Assembly (NCBI GenBank): GCA_030604855.1
Contig: JAUVVC010000008.1
Span: 38,194 to 70,193 of the forward strand
Length of the DNA stretch: 32,000 nt
Source: Erysipelotrichaceae bacterium
Lineage (GTDB): Bacteria > Bacillota_I > Bacilli_A > Erysipelotrichales > Erysipelotrichaceae
Direction: 5' to 3'
Shown: positions 9,205-18,381 of the stretch, in pieces
Layout of the letters: every line of letters begins with the position of its first letter
Position numbering within the stretch: position 1 is the stretch's first letter
Made by a program: the position numbers and the translations under genes
The notes under the pieces: model-generated
What the model was told of the DNA's origin: nothing
Database searches by the model: none
What the model saw: the letters and a program-made list of their open reading frames with translations, nothing else

Positions 9205-9233
9205 ATATTATTTCGAATTCGAAATGAATTCAA
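9205..9233 (-). promoter_or_regulatory. sigma-A type promoter of the dioxygenase-MarR-hydrolase operon with an embedded palindromic operator
   Basis: On the minus strand: TTGAAT (9233-9228), a 17-nt spacer, then TAATAT (9210-9205). The perfect 16-bp palindrome ATTTCGAATTCGAAAT (9210-9225) fills the spacer. The AGGAG RBS and the ATG at 9178 follow. Confidence 0.6.
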
Positions 9234-9263
9234 GGATCATGCTCAAAGAAGGAATGACGTCAA

Positions 9264-9286
9264 AAGAAAAAAGCGATTGCTCGCTT
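9264..9286 (-). terminator. rho-independent terminator of the 3-hydroxyacyl-CoA dehydrogenase gene
   Basis: Minus strand: AAGCGA-GCAA-TCGCTT followed by TTTTTTC, starting directly after the TAA stop. Confidence 0.75.
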
Positions 9287-10225
9287 TTACTCTTCTTCAA
9301 ATAAGGTTTTTGCCAACTTGGTAAACATCGTATCACGATAGCGGATGACTTCCGCATCTCGACCATTGGAATAATCATAGAAACCTTTGCCTGTCTTGAC
9401 ACCCAGGTTATTGTTATCGACGCATTCTTTGATTAAGCCAAAGGGTTCTTTCGCATCACAGAGATCCGGGAAGGTGTATTTGGAGATATTGTTATGGATG
9501 TCCAAACCACCAAGGTCACAGATTTCAAATGGTCCAAAGGCTGCGTATCTGAATCCCAACGCATACTTCATCACATCATCGACGCCTTCAGGAGTCGCAA
9601 TGCCTTCTTGTACGATGTACAAAGCTTCGCGCAAGATGGCTTGTTGAATACGATTCAACACAAAACTTGGGGCATCCTTGACTTTGACCGGTCTTTTCTT
9701 AAGTTCAAGCGCAAAATCATAAACAATTTGAATTGTCTCATCAGAGGTCAATTTCGCTTGGATGACTTCAATCAAAGGAATGATATGGGGAGGGTTCATC
9801 CAATGCATGCCTGCGAAACGTTCTGGATGTTCAACGGCCTCCGCAATCGCAGTGATGCTTAAGCCTGAAGTGTTTGAACAGAGAATGGCATCTGGTCGAA
9901 CCAAGGCCGACACTTCTTTCCAAAATTTGTGTTTGACTTCTAGGTTCTCCAAGATGGCTTCGATGAGGAAATCACTGTCTTTAAGGTCTTGAAGTTCATG
10001 AGTGTAATGTATTTTTTGTTTCAATGCATCGGATTGTGTTTGTGTGACAATGCCCTGTTTGATCCAAGTCTCTTGATTTAGATCCACCAAACGTTGTGCC
10101 TTTTCTAAGGCTGTCTCAAAAATATCAAAGACTTTGACTTCATATCCAAATAAAGCAAAGGTTTGAGCAAGGGATGCCCCCATTGTGCCGGCACCCGCAA
10201 CTGAAATGTGTTTGAAATTAGACAT
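9287..10225 (-). CDS. 3-hydroxyacyl-CoA / 3-hydroxybutyryl-CoA dehydrogenase family protein
   Basis: 312 aa with an N-terminal Rossmann ISVAGAGTMGASLAQ. The family motifs SNTSGLSIT and MHWMNPPHIIPLIEV and the C-terminal dimerisation domain are present. It is monocistronic. Confidence 0.88.
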   Translation of the reverse strand: MSNFKHISVAGAGTMGASLAQTFALFGYEVKVFDIFETALEKAQRLVDLNQETWIKQGIVTQTQSDALKQKIHYTHELQDLKDSDFLIEAILENLEVKHKFWKEVSALVRPDAILCSNTSGLSITAIAEAVEHPERFAGMHWMNPPHIIPLIEVIQAKLTSDETIQIVYDFALELKKRPVKVKDAPSFVLNRIQQAILREALYIVQEGIATPEGVDDVMKYALGFRYAAFGPFEICDLGGLDIHNNISKYTFPDLCDAKEPFGLIKECVDNNNLGVKTGKGFYDYSNGRDAEVIRYRDTMFTKLAKTLFEEE

Positions 10226-10240
10226 AGTTCTCCTTAGCGA

Positions 10241-10254
10241 TGTAAGCGCTTATA
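10241..10254. promoter_or_regulatory. cre-like catabolite-responsive element (CcpA box) in the leader of the dehydrogenase gene
   Basis: TGTAAGCGCTTATA matches the cre consensus TGWAANCGNTNWCA at 13 of 14 positions. It lies 16 nt upstream of the ATG at 10225, downstream of a TGATATACT extended -10 box (minus strand, 10269-10261). Confidence 0.5.
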
Positions 10255-10460
10255 TGCATTAGTATATCAAACTGAAAACCGAACTTGTGAGAAATCATTA
10301 AGTTCTAATAAGTTCGTTCTTATACACACGATAAGTTTGGATTATACATGGTCAATGCGATAAGTTTCTAATTATGATCGATGAAAGTGAAGATTGAACG
10401 AAATAAGCTTCCATACCTGTCCATGAGTCTTGTATCACTAACCCAGCTTGCTTAAACTGA

Positions 10461-11984
<1,524 letters not shown>

Positions 11985-12048
11985 TGTGATTTTGATGCAA
12001 ATACGCTGCAGTGTGCTAAGCTATTTGCATTAAAGATGGAGTAAACCG

Positions 12049-12510
12049 ATGAAAATACAGGTAAAATACTACAACGACTTAAGTCGGGATGAACTCTATG
12101 CCATTCTCAAAGCACGTGTGGATGTCTTCGTCGTTGAGCAAAACTGTGCGTATCCAGAGATCGATGACAAAGATATACACGCATGGCATGTGATGCTTAT
12201 GGATGGGGATACGCTTGTGGCTTACCTTCGTGTCTTGGAAGCAGGTGTTTCCTTTGAACATGTGTCGATTGGTCGCGTGCTATCTTTGAAGCGTCATTCA
12301 GGCCATGGAAGAATCGTATTAAAGGAAGGCATCCGTATCGCCTTTGAAACACTCAAGGCAGAAGAAGTGTGGATTGAAGCTCAGAGTTATGCACGAACTT
12401 TCTATGCGAATGAAGGGTTTAGACAAGTATCGGATGAGTTCTTGGAAGATGGTATACCGCATGTTCAAATGGTATTGGAAAAAGAGACTTATCAAGGAGG
12501 GATTGAATGA
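12049..12510 (+). CDS. GNAT family N-acetyltransferase (ElaA-like)
   Basis: 153 aa. [28 protein letters not shown] matches the ElaA-type N-terminus. There is an RHSGHG acetyl-CoA loop and a GGAG RBS. Confidence 0.85.
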   Translation: MKIQVKYYNDLSRDELYAILKARVDVFVVEQNCAYPEIDDKDIHAWHVMLMDGDTLVAYLRVLEAGVSFEHVSIGRVLSLKRHSGHGRIVLKEGIRIAFETLKAEEVWIEAQSYARTFYANEGFRQVSDEFLEDGIPHVQMVLEKETYQGGIE

Positions 12511-12869
12511 CGACACGTATTTACAAACTGACCTTTGCAAGTGTATATCCCTTGTATGTTCAAAAAGCAGAGAAGAAGGGACGTACGCAAGCAGAAGTGG
12601 ATGAGATCATTTTGTGGCTTACGAATTATTCAAAAGAGGCATTGAATCAACACATCCAAAGTGAAATCACCTTTGATGATTTCTTTAAACATGCACCCAT
12701 GATGAATCCCAATCGTCACTTGATCACAGGAGTGATCTGTGGTGTTCGTGTTGAGACGATTGAAGAGCCGTTGATGCGCGAAATACGTTATCTCGATAAA
12801 CTGATCGATGAATTGGCTAAAGGAAAAGCCATGGAGAAGATTCTGAGAAAAACCCAAGTAAAGGACTGA
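12507..12869 (+). CDS. DUF2200 domain protein
   Basis: 120 aa. [35 protein letters not shown] matches the DUF2200 family pattern as I remember it. ATGA overlap with the GNAT gene. Confidence 0.7.
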   Translation: MTTRIYKLTFASVYPLYVQKAEKKGRTQAEVDEIILWLTNYSKEALNQHIQSEITFDDFFKHAPMMNPNRHLITGVICGVRVETIEEPLMREIRYLDKLIDELAKGKAMEKILRKTQVKD

Positions 12870-13031
12870 GTGATAAGGTTGTGAACAAATTGTCAAAAGT
12901 CTTGAATTCATCGAAGTTCCGATGTACGATACGCTTAGAGATCAAATGTCATAACATATCATTTCATCGCAACCCTTCGTTTTAAGTGCGTGAAACAAGC
13001 AGATGACATTGAATCGAAAGGAGCTTTTGAC

Positions 13032-13715
13032 ATGGATATCAAACTTCATTACACCGAAACAGGGACAGGCTTTCCACTCATCCTTCTTCATGGAAACAGT
13101 GAGAGTGGCGAAGTCTTTGTGCACCAAAAGGCATACTTCTCCAATGCCTATCGTGTCATTGCGATCGACACACGTGGGCATGGTCAATCGCCAAGGGGAT
13201 CAGCTCCCTTTACGATACGTCAGTTCGTAGAGGATCTGCATGCTTTCATGGATGATTTGAAGATCGAAAAGGCACATCTCTTGGGTTTTTCCGATGGAGG
13301 AAACATCGCTTTGCTTTTCGCAATCCAATATCCTGAACGGGTGAGCAAATTGATTGTGAGTGGTGCGAATTTGGATACTTCTGGAGTCAAGGGCATCTAT
13401 CAAGGCGTAATTGAGTTGGGCTATAAATTCGCATCCTTTATGGCTAAGATACGTGAAGGCGCTAAAAAGAATGTGGAATTCTTGAGCTTGATGGTGAATG
13501 ATCCCAATATAAAAGTTGAGGATCTTAAAAAGATTAAAGCCCCAACTTTGGTGATGGCTGGGACGAAGGATATGGTGAAAGAGAATCACACCAAACTGAT
13601 CAAGAACACGATCCCCAATGCCAGTCTTGTGATTATTGAGGGAACACATTTCATACCCGTTAAGAAACATGAAGTGTTTAATAAAGAAGTGAAAGAATTC
13701 TTAGATTTAGCCTGA
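13032..13715 (+). CDS. alpha/beta hydrolase
   Basis: HG oxyanion motif LILLHGNS and nucleophile elbow GFSDGG. I place the start at the ATG at 13032 (AAAGGAG 8 nt upstream) rather than 12990. Confidence 0.85.
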   Translation: MDIKLHYTETGTGFPLILLHGNSESGEVFVHQKAYFSNAYRVIAIDTRGHGQSPRGSAPFTIRQFVEDLHAFMDDLKIEKAHLLGFSDGGNIALLFAIQYPERVSKLIVSGANLDTSGVKGIYQGVIELGYKFASFMAKIREGAKKNVEFLSLMVNDPNIKVEDLKKIKAPTLVMAGTKDMVKENHTKLIKNTIPNASLVIIEGTHFIPVKKHEVFNKEVKEFLDLA

Positions 13716-13716
13716 C

Positions 13717-13747
13717 AAGTCGATCGTAACGATCGACTTTTTCTTTG
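13717..13747 (+). terminator. rho-independent terminator
   Basis: AAGTCGATCG-TAA-CGATCGACTT forms a perfect 10-bp stem followed by TTTCTTT. Confidence 0.8.
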
Positions 13748-13751
13748 TAAT

Positions 13752-13794
13752 TTTGACGTGTGTCAAAGATTTCAATGACTTCATGGTTTAAGAT
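13752..13794 (+). promoter_or_regulatory. Crp/Fnr-type dyad plus candidate class-II promoter of the HMA-ATPase-crp/fnr operon
   Basis: Perfect 16-bp palindrome TTTGAC-GTGT-GTCAAA (13752-13767) with a -10-like TAAGAT at 13789-13794. If that hexamer is the -10 box, the dyad centre falls at about -41.5. Confidence 0.55.
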
Positions 13795-13820
13795 AGGAAT
13801 GTCCCTAAGGAGGTCACATC

Positions 13821-14033
13821 ATGAACAAAACATATCAACTTGAAACGATTTCATGCCCATCTTGCATTAAAAAGATTGAAGGTATGCTTAAGACTTTAGA
13901 TGGCGTTGAAAGCTCAGAAGTACTTTTCAACTCTTCACGCGTCAAAGTGAACTTTGATGAAAGTACCATTTCATCCGCATTGATCAAGGCGAAGATCCAC
14001 CAACTCGGCTATAACGTACTCAGTGAAAAGTAA
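13821..14033 (+). CDS. heavy-metal-associated (HMA) domain metallochaperone, CopZ-like
   Basis: 70 aa ferredoxin-like HMA protein with the metal-binding motif SCPSC near the N-terminus. RBS AAGGAGG. Confidence 0.88.
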   Translation: MNKTYQLETISCPSCIKKIEGMLKTLDGVESSEVLFNSSRVKVNFDESTISSALIKAKIHQLGYNVLSEK

Positions 14034-15897
14034 GTTGAACACCATGTTCAAGCTCACAAAAAAACATATCATACAGCTCTCGACGGTGATGATCGTTTTG
14101 GCCTTTGTCTTAAGTCGTTTTTTACATCTTCAAAACCTAGCCGTAGCCTTGATGCTGGGAACGACGTTCATTGCTGGCACGCCGATCTTTAAGAAAGCTT
14201 GGTCTGCGCTACGATACAAGATCATTGGCATCGATGCCTTGGTTTCAATTGCGGTCATTGGGGCTTTATTTATTGGTGAATATTGGGAAGCCGCAGCGGT
14301 GACCTATTTATTCATGTTGGGAGATTATCTCGAATCACGAACCATCGATAAGACGCGTGAATCCATCAAGGCGCTCTTAGATCTCGCACCCAAGCAAAGT
14401 GTGGTTATTCGTGATGGCGTTGAAATGACGATACCTGCGGATGAGGTGCTGATCAACGATACGGTCATCGTACGTTCCGGTGAGAAGATTGCGGTGGATG
14501 GGACGGTTCTTAAGGGAATAGCGTCAGTCAATCAAGCTTCAATCACTGGTGAATCCTTACCGGTTCAAAAAGAAGAAGGCATGGAAGTGTATTCTGGTAC
14601 GATGTTGGAGACGGGTTATCTTTTGATTCGTGCCGACAAGGTGGGTGAAGACACCACCTTTGCCAAAATCTTACAATTGGTGGAAGATGCTCAAGACTCT
14701 AAAGCCAAAACACAGAAATTCATGGAGCGCTTCGCTCGTTACTATACGCCCTTTGTGGTGGTGTTGGCAGTTGTGATGTATTTCATCACGCGAGATGTGG
14801 AATTGGCCTTGACCATCATCGTCATCGCTTGTCCAGGAGCTTTGGTCATATCGACACCGGTCTCGATTGTGGCGGGTATCGGAAGTGGAGCCAAACATGG
14901 GGTGTTGTTTAAAGGGGGGGAATCGATTGAGAAGCTCGGGAAGATCAAAGTGCTCGCATTCGATAAAACGGGAACCCTTACTCAAGGCAAACCGGTCGTC
15001 ACTTCCATCGCGTCTTTCAATGGATACACTGAGCAAGAAGTATTGGTCATTGCGGCAAGTGGTGAAACCACCTCTGAGCACCCACTTGCCAAGGCCGTCA
15101 TTGATTACGCTCAAAACCAAGGAATGGATATCCAACAACCGGAATCAACCGAAATCATCCCTGGTCAAGGTTTACGTTTTGAATTTAAGGGGAAGGTTTA
15201 TTATCTCGGGAATCGCAAACTAACCCAAACGGAGCACATCCAACTGAGCGCAGAAGCTGAAAAGAGTCTTCAGACACATGAAGAAGCTGGGGAGACCGGA
15301 ATCATTCTTACCGATGATAAAACGGTATTGGCTTTGATCTATATTGCCGACACCATTCGTCCGGAAGCGGTTCAGCTGATCTCAAGATTGCGTAAGAGCG
15401 GCATCAAACATATGGTCATGCTTACCGGAGATAACCCCCGTACGGCACAAGCCATTGCCAAACAACTCCATTTGGACGATGTTCGCAGTGAACTTCTCCC
15501 TGCGGATAAGGCCAATGTGTTGAAAGAATTCAAATCCACCTATGGCCACGTCGCCATGGTTGGGGATGGCATCAACGATGCACCAGCTCTGGCCAGTGCG
15601 GATATCGGAATAGCGATGGGCGGTGTTGGATCGGATGTGGCGATGGAGACAGCGGATGTCATTCTCTTGTCTGCAGAACTCAGAAAGCTCGATTTCGCTT
15701 TAGGACTCAGTCGTGCCACGGTTCAAAACATGAGCCAGAATATCATCTTTGCACTGTTTGTGGCGGGGACTTTATTGGCGGGCGTTTTGGTCAAGACCGT
15801 CAATCTCTCCTTTGGCATGCTTATCCATGAACTATCCGTCTTCCTTGTAATCGTGAATGCGGTACGGTTGTTAAAATACAAAGAAACTCAAAAATAA
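14023..15897 (+). CDS. heavy-metal translocating P1B-type ATPase (no fused metal-binding domain)
   Basis: DKTGTLT phosphorylation site, TGES actuator motif and the GDGINDAP hinge, with 4 TM helices before the A-domain. The membrane motif is CPG (VIACPGALVISTP), not CPC. The start is ambiguous: GTG 14023 (overlaps the HMA gene) or ATG 14044. Confidence 0.9.
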   Translation: MKSKLNTMFKLTKKHIIQLSTVMIVLAFVLSRFLHLQNLAVALMLGTTFIAGTPIFKKAWSALRYKIIGIDALVSIAVIGALFIGEYWEAAAVTYLFMLGDYLESRTIDKTRESIKALLDLAPKQSVVIRDGVEMTIPADEVLINDTVIVRSGEKIAVDGTVLKGIASVNQASITGESLPVQKEEGMEVYSGTMLETGYLLIRADKVGEDTTFAKILQLVEDAQDSKAKTQKFMERFARYYTPFVVVLAVVMYFITRDVELALTIIVIACPGALVISTPVSIVAGIGSGAKHGVLFKGGESIEKLGKIKVLAFDKTGTLTQGKPVVTSIASFNGYTEQEVLVIAASGETTSEHPLAKAVIDYAQNQGMDIQQPESTEIIPGQGLRFEFKGKVYYLGNRKLTQTEHIQLSAEAEKSLQTHEEAGETGIILTDDKTVLALIYIADTIRPEAVQLISRLRKSGIKHMVMLTGDNPRTAQAIAKQLHLDDVRSELLPADKANVLKEFKSTYGHVAMVGDGINDAPALASADIGIAMGGVGSDVAMETADVILLSAELRKLDFALGLSRATVQNMSQNIIFALFVAGTLLAGVLVKTVNLSFGMLIHELSVFLVIVNAVRLLKYKETQK

Positions 15898-15926
15898 GGT
15901 ATGATTGATTCATAGGAGATCGATCT

Positions 15927-16613
15927 ATGACTTGTAATCATCATGCAAAAGAATCCGATAACTGTATCCAATGGGTACCCATCTTCAGCAATCTCTCAGA
16001 AGAAGAAATGCTGGAAGTGGCATACATCACCCATGAGGCACGTTTTGATAAGGGTTCTTTTGTTTATATGGCGGAAGATCCCGGAGGTAAGCTCTATGTT
16101 TTGCATAAAGGTAAAGTCAAGATCTCACGCATCGCTCAGAACGGCAAGGAACAAGTCCTTCGTATTGTAGAACCAGGTGAATTTTTGGGTGAGTTGAATC
16201 TCTTCAGTTCAAACAAGATCATGGACAATGCGGAAGTTCTGGAGCCTACCGTCATGTGTCTGATTGAAGCGGAGCCTTTGAAAGCCTTGATGGCCAAGTA
16301 TCCGTCCATTGCCTTCAAAGTCATGGAAGTTCTTAGCCAACGTTTGAATCAAGCAGAAACTTTGATTGAAAACATCAATCTCTATACTGTTGAGCAACGC
16401 ATCGCTCACCAACTCTTGCATCTTTCTGAAGGTAAACGGTCGATCCATCTCAAGATGAGTAAGGGAGATCTGGCTTCGCAAATGGGCATGAGCCAGGAGA
16501 CATTGAGTCGCAAGCTCACAGCCTTTCAGGAAATGGGTTGGATTGATTTGGAAGGTCAGCGTATCATCCACATCAAGAATCGTCTCGCACTCGAACAAAG
16601 CTTATCCGATTGA
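15927..16613 (+). CDS. Crp/Fnr family transcriptional regulator (FNR-like protein, Flp-type)
   Basis: 228 aa with a cNMP-binding-like beta-roll and a C-terminal HTH. The HTH carries the FNR-type E--SR recognition motif (QETLSRKL). There are only three Cys (C3, C13, C111). RBS AGGAG. Confidence 0.88.
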   Translation: MTCNHHAKESDNCIQWVPIFSNLSEEEMLEVAYITHEARFDKGSFVYMAEDPGGKLYVLHKGKVKISRIAQNGKEQVLRIVEPGEFLGELNLFSSNKIMDNAEVLEPTVMCLIEAEPLKALMAKYPSIAFKVMEVLSQRLNQAETLIENINLYTVEQRIAHQLLHLSEGKRSIHLKMSKGDLASQMGMSQETLSRKLTAFQEMGWIDLEGQRIIHIKNRLALEQSLSD

Positions 16614-16635
16614 CAAGCAGAAATGCTTGTTTTTA
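16613..16635 (+). terminator. rho-independent terminator after the crp/fnr gene
   Basis: ACAAGCA-GAAA-TGCTTGT followed by TTTTTA. It overlaps the TGA stop. Confidence 0.75.
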
Positions 16636-16750
16636 TATGGAAGTGAAAAATCTTTGCGTATCAATTAGTGAGTGAATACCAACAGAAAGTTGATGTAAAC
16701 AACATAGAAGTAAGCTAAACTTAAGATGTTCAAATTAGGAGATGTCAACG

Positions 16751-17470
16751 ATGCGTCAAAAAGTTCGTAAGTCATTCCTCTATCTCTCCGCACTCCTCTT
16801 TCCCGTAACACTTAATTATTTTTCACCTTATGTCTCAATCGACGGGGCTTTTTTGGGTATTGTAAGTGGGAGTGTCATTGTGTTTGGTTTACTATTTGTG
16901 TCCGCATTGTTTCTTGGCCGAGCTTGGTGTGCTTGGTTGTGCCCTGCAGGGGGTATCAGTGCGTTTGCACAAACCATCAACGCAAAAACTGTCCCTGTCA
17001 AAAGACTGAAATATGTTCGATATGGAATATTCACGGTTTGGTTAAGCATTTTGATTCTAGGGTTTGTATTGGCTGGAGGCATCAAAGGCGTCAATCCTTT
17101 ACATCTTACAGACACAGGTTTTTCAGTTGATGAACCTATTAAATACCTCATGTATTACTTGGTTGTATTTACCTGGTTAGGTTTATCGTTCTGGTTGGGC
17201 AAACGAGGAGCGTGTCATGCGATCTGTTGGATGTCGCCATTTTTGGTTGCAGGTACTTGGCTTGGCCAAAAGCTTCATCTTCCCCAATTAAAGATCAAGA
17301 GTGACCCTAATTTATGTATAAATTGTAAGCAATGTACGAAAGTCTGCCCAATGAGTATTATGGTTCATGAGGAGCTTATGCAAGGAGTGATTTCCAATAC
17401 AGACTGCATACGCTGTGCGGAATGTGTGGATGCATGTCCAAAGTCGGTGTTAAGATTAAACATCCATTAG
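16751..17470 (+). CDS. membrane-bound 4Fe-4S polyferredoxin (NapH/MauN/YccM-like)
   Basis: TM helices carrying the motif GRAWCAWLCP, plus two C-terminal ferredoxin motifs (CINCKQCTKVCP and CIRCAECVDACP). I place the start at the ATG at 16751 (GGAG about 10 nt upstream); the ATG at 16742 abuts the RBS. Confidence 0.82.
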   Translation: MRQKVRKSFLYLSALLFPVTLNYFSPYVSIDGAFLGIVSGSVIVFGLLFVSALFLGRAWCAWLCPAGGISAFAQTINAKTVPVKRLKYVRYGIFTVWLSILILGFVLAGGIKGVNPLHLTDTGFSVDEPIKYLMYYLVVFTWLGLSFWLGKRGACHAICWMSPFLVAGTWLGQKLHLPQLKIKSDPNLCINCKQCTKVCPMSIMVHEELMQGVISNTDCIRCAECVDACPKSVLRLNIH

Positions 17471-17509
17471 TCAAAAAGGACACAGTTCTTAATTTACGCC
17501 AGCGATATT

Positions 17510-17518
17510 TGATACAAT
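17510..17518 (+). promoter_or_regulatory. extended -10 promoter element upstream of the hydro-lyase/malic enzyme genes
   Basis: TGATACAAT (TGn + TACAAT) begins 26 nt upstream of the start codon at 17536. There is no convincing -35 box. Confidence 0.35.
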
Positions 17519-17535
17519 AATCATGAGGTATGGAT

Positions 17536-18381
17536 ATGCGCATTCTACAAACATCATTATTGACGCAAAAAGTCAAAGAACTTTTTATTGAAGCCAATGT
17601 GGACATTGGTCCATCTTTAGTTGATCGCTTACGTTCAGCCATGGAAGCAGAAGCTTCTCCAATCGGAAAGAATGTACTCGCTAAGATCATTGCGAACGAT
17701 GAATATGCAAAACGTGAGAAGATTGCGATCTGTCAAGATACAGGGGTTTCTGTTGTGTTCATCGATATCGGTCAAGATGTTCATTTTGATGGGGGCGACT
17801 TCAATGAAGCCATTCATGAAGGTGTACGTCAAGCGTATAAAGAAGGGTATTTGAGAAAATCGGTTGTGTCCGATCCTTTGTTTGATCGCAAGAATACACA
17901 GGACAACACACCTGCGATCATTCATCTTCGTATCATTCCGGGGAATGAAGTGCTTATAAAAGTCATGCCAAAAGGTTTTGGCAGTGAAAACATGAGTACG
18001 CTCAAACTCTTTGCCCCCTCAGTAGGCATCGAAGGGGTCAAACGATTCATCATCGAAACCATAGAAAAAGCAGGTCCCAATGCTTGTCCACCGATGATCG
18101 TTGGGGTGGGAATTGGAGGAACATTTGAGCAAGCCGCTTTGATCGCAAAGCGTGCCGTCTTACGTGGACCTGATCATCCGAACTTAGACCCACGATATTA
18201 TGAGTTGGAGAAAGAACTACTTGATCTAGCCAATCGTTTAGGGATTGGGCCAGCAGGCATGGGTGGTAGCACCACTGTTCTTGCCGTAAACATTGAGCAT
18301 CATCCAACACACATCGCATCGATTCCGGTTGCGATCAATATCAGTTGTCATGCGTCGCGGCATGCGGAAGGCGTTCTCTAA
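17536..18381 (+). CDS. Fe-S type hydro-lyase alpha subunit (class I fumarate hydratase / mesaconase type)
   Basis: CQDTG cluster ligand region, PKGFGSENMS, NACPPMIVGVGIGGT. This is fumarase-like rather than TtdA-like. ATG 17536 sits 7 nt after GAGG, whereas ATG 17530 sits 1 nt after it. Confidence 0.88.
   Translation: MRILQTSLLTQKVKELFIEANVDIGPSLVDRLRSAMEAEASPIGKNVLAKIIANDEYAKREKIAICQDTGVSVVFIDIGQDVHFDGGDFNEAIHEGVRQAYKEGYLRKSVVSDPLFDRKNTQDNTPAIIHLRIIPGNEVLIKVMPKGFGSENMSTLKLFAPSVGIEGVKRFIIETIEKAGPNACPPMIVGVGIGGTFEQAALIAKRAVLRGPDHPNLDPRYYELEKELLDLANRLGIGPAGMGGSTTVLAVNIEHHPTHIASIPVAINISCHASRHAEGVL

Noticed and set aside
9208-9402. 64-aa minus-strand ORF spanning the hbd terminator and the mhq promoter region.
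   Set aside because: It runs through a terminator hairpin and the operator and promoter, overlaps the 3' end of the dehydrogenase gene out of frame, and has no RBS.
12902-12930. TTGAAT-17-TACGAT promoter for the alpha/beta hydrolase gene.
   Set aside because: The hexamers are plausible, but the call would leave an unexplained leader of about 95 nt and nothing corroborates it. It is too weak to report as a feature.
16690-16703. Second Crp/Fnr site (TTGATGTAAACAAC) upstream of the polyferredoxin gene.
   Set aside because: Only the left half (TTGAT) fits. The right half (ACAAC) matches neither ATCAA nor GTCAA. The centre would lie about 37 nt from the start predicted from the nearby TAAGAT hexamer, which is not a canonical position.
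17508-17524. FNR-like TTGAT...ATCA element overlapping the hydro-lyase promoter.
   Set aside because: The half-sites are separated by 6 nt rather than 4 and the right arm is imperfect. The element is more simply explained as the extended -10 box TGATACAAT.
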